From assembly GCF_001194135.2 (NCBI RefSeq), contig NC_068985.1, forward strand, positions 29,217,197-29,281,196: a stretch of 64,000 nucleotides of DNA, written 5' to 3'. A program made the position numbers and the translations under genes. Positions 60,437-64,000 of the stretch are shown here, piece by piece; the first letter of the stretch is position 1; each line of letters opens with the position of its first letter. This DNA comes from Octopus bimaculoides (lineage: Eukaryota). The notes beneath the pieces were generated by a model. The model made no database searches. It was not told the DNA's origin and was given only the letters and a program-made list of their open reading frames with translations.

Positions 60437-62552
60437 ATATTTATTACATATTACATATATAATGCAAATATTCTCTGCAGATTGTTATAGTCAATAAAAT
60501 AGAAATAGAATTTTAAAGTTTATTCTTTCTGTGCAGCCCCCTAATAAATGATGATGATTGGGGACTCTTGCTATAAGCTATCATGTGTCTTCATATAGAA
60601 CACCTAGGACCAGTGAGTATGACAGGATCCATCCTTTGGCAAGTCATGGATACAAGAGTTCAATTCAACACTGCTAGATAAACCAACTCATTAATTTCAT
60701 AGCACTAATGAGTAGAACAAACGATGATACTATTTTAAGAGCCATTAGAGCTAAGTCATTAAAAATGAAATTTTTTTTATTATAGGCACCACAAAGCATT
60801 CAATACATTTAATGTTCCAGTTAGTTTGACATCTTGTTGACTTCACCAGCTGTGACACTCAATATATACACAACACACACAAATGTAGATACGTTTATAG
60901 GTATGTGTGCATGCAAGTGTACGTGTGCATATGTACGTACACACACACGTGTTGCTCATTATCATAGGTGCAGGGATGGCTATGTGGATACAGAGTTAAC
61001 TTTGTAACCACATGGTTTCAGGATCTGTCCTGCTGTATGGCAACTTGGGTGTCTCCTACTACAGCCCTTGGTCAAGCAATGTCATGTAAAGAGAATTCAT
61101 GATAGGTGGAAACTATATATGGTAGCCTGTGGTGTGTGTGTGTGTGTGTGTGTACATATGCAAGCACGTACGCATTCCCACACACACACATGTATATATG
61201 CAGGTTAAGTTTTTCTGACTGTTCTATAAATCCTCTTTGGGTGAATTCTCAGTGAAACTGTTGCATAACTGTTACTTTCCCAGGCAACAAGTAATGGTTT
61301 ACCTCACAACTTTGGTAGCCTGGCTGAACCTATTGCAATTATGGAGATGTACTTGCATGGCAAGTGTTTTGATCTGAATTCATGTCCTGAAACTAAAGTG
61401 ATTTGCAATGTGGAAGACATGAATTAACCATTCAAAAACACAACTTCACTTAAACTTTAATTTGTAATATGGCGTTTAAAATTTTCATCACTCAAAACTG
61501 CAACCTCGTGTCTCTTACATAAGCAAAATAGTATGATTTAAACATATTCAGCCTTTCCTTTTCCTCTCTAGGCTCTTTTTTTCTTTTATGTATTTTCCTT
61601 CATTTTGATGAAGCTCCATGTTCCAGATCGGTTTTATTACCAAATATGATGAATATTATTTCTTAGCATATCAATGGCAATACCATATAACATTGGAAGC
61701 AGAAACAGCTGTTAGATGGGATGCAGTCTATTTGTATTGAATTAAAAAATAATAATTGGTGTAAGTCAGTTGTTGATGATCAATATTTCTCCATTTTCTG
61801 TTTACTTTAAATTTGATTCCCAATAAACTCATGTTTATCTTTGTCATTACCTGTAATCTATGAGCATAATATGCTTGCACATGTACTTCCAGGGTTAACA
61901 TAAGTAATTATACTGGTAGTATAATGGATGCTTTTATCCCTTAAACGGTTATTCCAACCTCTAACTCAACTAACCTATATATACATATATATATANNNNN
62001 NNNNNNNNNNNNNNNNNNNNNNNNNNNNNNNNNNNNNNNNNNNNNNNNNNNNNNNNNNNNNNNNNNNNNNNCACACACACACACACACACACTCAAGAAG
62101 ACCTGCCCACCACAACAGAATTGATATTTAAAATCTGAGGTCCCATGTAAAAATTCAGTGATGTTGGTTCCAGGTAAACAACACTGGTGATGGTGCCATG
62201 TAAAAAGCACCTAGTACAGTCTGTAAAATGGCTGGCATTAGGAGGGCATCCAGCTGTAGAAACTTAGCCAAGGCAGTCTATGGAACCTGGTATAAACCCC
62301 CACCTTACCAGCTCCTGTCAAGCTGTCCAACCAATATCAGCGTTGAAAAACAAACATTAAATGATGATGATGATGATATAGAGAGTTATTCATTTCCAAT
62401 GGTCTCTGAAAACATGTCTGGCCATAGGGAAATATTAGTTTTGGCCATAGAAAACCTTCCTCATTTAAAGTCCATTTGACTCATGCAAGCATGGAGAGGT
62501 GTACGTTAAAACAATGACAGCAGTATGACATATGAAATCTTTCAATACTCAC

Positions 62553-62673
62553 TTGATCTACTAATATAACAGCCGCTGATAGAATTTCTCTCCATCGTTC
62601 TAGTTCACTTTCATGTAATACTTGTTGTTGTTTTAACAGCTCAGCCCACTCTTCCTGATTCTGTGGGTAATTA
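62553..62673 (-). CDS. GRAMD1: GRAMD1 (Aster) penultimate coding exon, NYPQNQEEWAELLKQQQVLHESELERWREILSAAVILVDQ
   Basis: ttgttattgcag acceptor and gtgagt donor. Matches the recalled C-terminal luminal helix of human GRAMD1B (PQSQTEWAQLLESQQKYHDTELQKWREIIKSSVMLLDQ). Confidence 0.9.
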
Positions 62674-62829
62674 CTGCAATAACAATGAGAATAATATAAT
62701 AAAACGCTGAGGCAAAACATTCAGACTTTACATGCATTATACTGTCAGTGTCCAAACTAACAGTGTGCTGGTTCAAAGCAGCCTATTTTATTTTTGTATT
62801 AATTGTTTTTTAAGTGGGGTTCTAGGAGT

Positions 62830-63290
62830 TCTGTGTATAAGCAACTACATTCTAGATGTGGGAGCAGTTATCTATTGAGTTTTACCTGTGCTTTGTAGAG
62901 AGTTAATAGTTGTTGGAGGTCGAAGTACTTGGAAACGATGAAAATGTTGACTCATCTTTACGATGAAGTCTGTGTTTGAGGGAGTGTATTAATCAGGAGA
63001 GATCGTTAATGATAGTAAAGTTTGACATTTTTAGCAACCTAAAGGGTTCTAATTATATGGTAAACATGTTTAGGAGGTTGCAATAATCTTTAATGATATG
63101 TGTGTTGATTGTATCTTTTTGCTAGGAATAAAACAAGATTGGCAGGACACCAATGGAGGAAGTTTCCAGGATCTTCTGTTCATGGAGTCAGTGCAGATTT
63201 GATGTGAAGTGGCTAGGTTACAAATGGATGATGTCTGGATGCAGAAGGGTAGGTAAGAATGAAGTGTTGTATCATATTACAATTCTATGA
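62830..63290 (-). mobile_element. Degenerate LINE RT C-terminal fragment (Jockey/L2/CR1 group)
   Basis: KYFDLQQLLTLYKAQV... resembles the LLxLYKAQxRPxxEY motif. Confidence 0.55.
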
Positions 63291-64000
63291 GATGAAAATG
63301 TAAATGCAGCTTCACTGTCACCAGAGTTTCTTTAAAAATATGCATACAAGGGTATAATAATGAGCATAGTGTTTTTATATATGTTTATATATATATATAT
63401 ATTTGTCCAAAATCACGCAGGAGTGAATGGTGAATGGAGAGGAGAGAAAATAGTAATTCAGTGAAGGAGAAGTAGTGAGAGTAATAGCCATCACTGAGAG
63501 AAAGTAGTAGCAATGAGAGAGAGGAAGTGGCAAAGAGTGCGTTGTGTATCTTCTACTATAATAATCTTACTATAATAATAATAATACTCTTGTGTATTTT
63601 TCTGTTACAACATACGAATGAGAAAGGAAGGGGTGATCCACCGATGGAAGTGGGATGGTGAAAACTCAACGGTGAAATAAAAATCAAACAGCGCTTCAAC
63701 TCTGTGTGAGTATATGTGTGAGGAATGTGAATGTTTGTGCAAAATATATTTATGTATTTGAGTGAGTGTATGTGTTTGTTTATTTAGAAAGATACATAGA
63801 AAATAGAATTACAGACACATGTGCATTTTCACATACATATATATATATGTTGAGACACACTTAAAAAGGAAGGAGGCAGGCTGTGACAAAGTATAGAAAA
63901 CCATGTTCGCTACAGACTATGCTACTCATACATATAAATGTATACATATGCACACACACACACACACAGAGTTGAAGCACTGTTTGATTTTTTTCACCTT

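Overview
AT-rich, intron-rich eukaryotic DNA with eight N-gaps. The SINE, RTE and MITE families and the (TA)n, (CA)n and (GAT)n microsatellites look like those of an octopus (coleoid cephalopod) genome; this species assignment is inference. I assembled three spliced protein-coding genes by hand from GT-AG boundaries and phase continuity. (1) TBRG1/NIAM (FYRN-FYRC) on the minus strand, CDS 20211->8001, 8 coding exons, the first running into a gap. (2) SMG9 (NMD factor) on the plus strand, CDS 22122->44461, 12 exons visible; the P-loop exon is missing and most likely lies in the gap 31371-31985. (3) The last two coding exons of a GRAMD1/Aster gene on the minus strand (62673-62553, 58345-58286). 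TBRG1 and SMG9 are head-to-head, and SMG9 and GRAMD1 are tail-to-tail. The rest is mostly degenerate mobile DNA: several tRNA-derived SINE families, RTE and CR1-like LINE fragments, an internally deleted Tc1 element, piggyBac-type and palindromic MITEs, and a Helentron-type non-autonomous element. The best leads are: a covarying 3' stem-loop shared by CR1-like LINEs and the dominant SINE; three candidate NMD-autoregulation features in SMG9; an HTH-only Tc1 deletion derivative; and possibly ancient TBRG1-SMG9-GRAMD1 linkage. All homology calls are from recalled protein sequences, not database searches, and repeat boundaries are approximate. I found no unambiguous new biological system.
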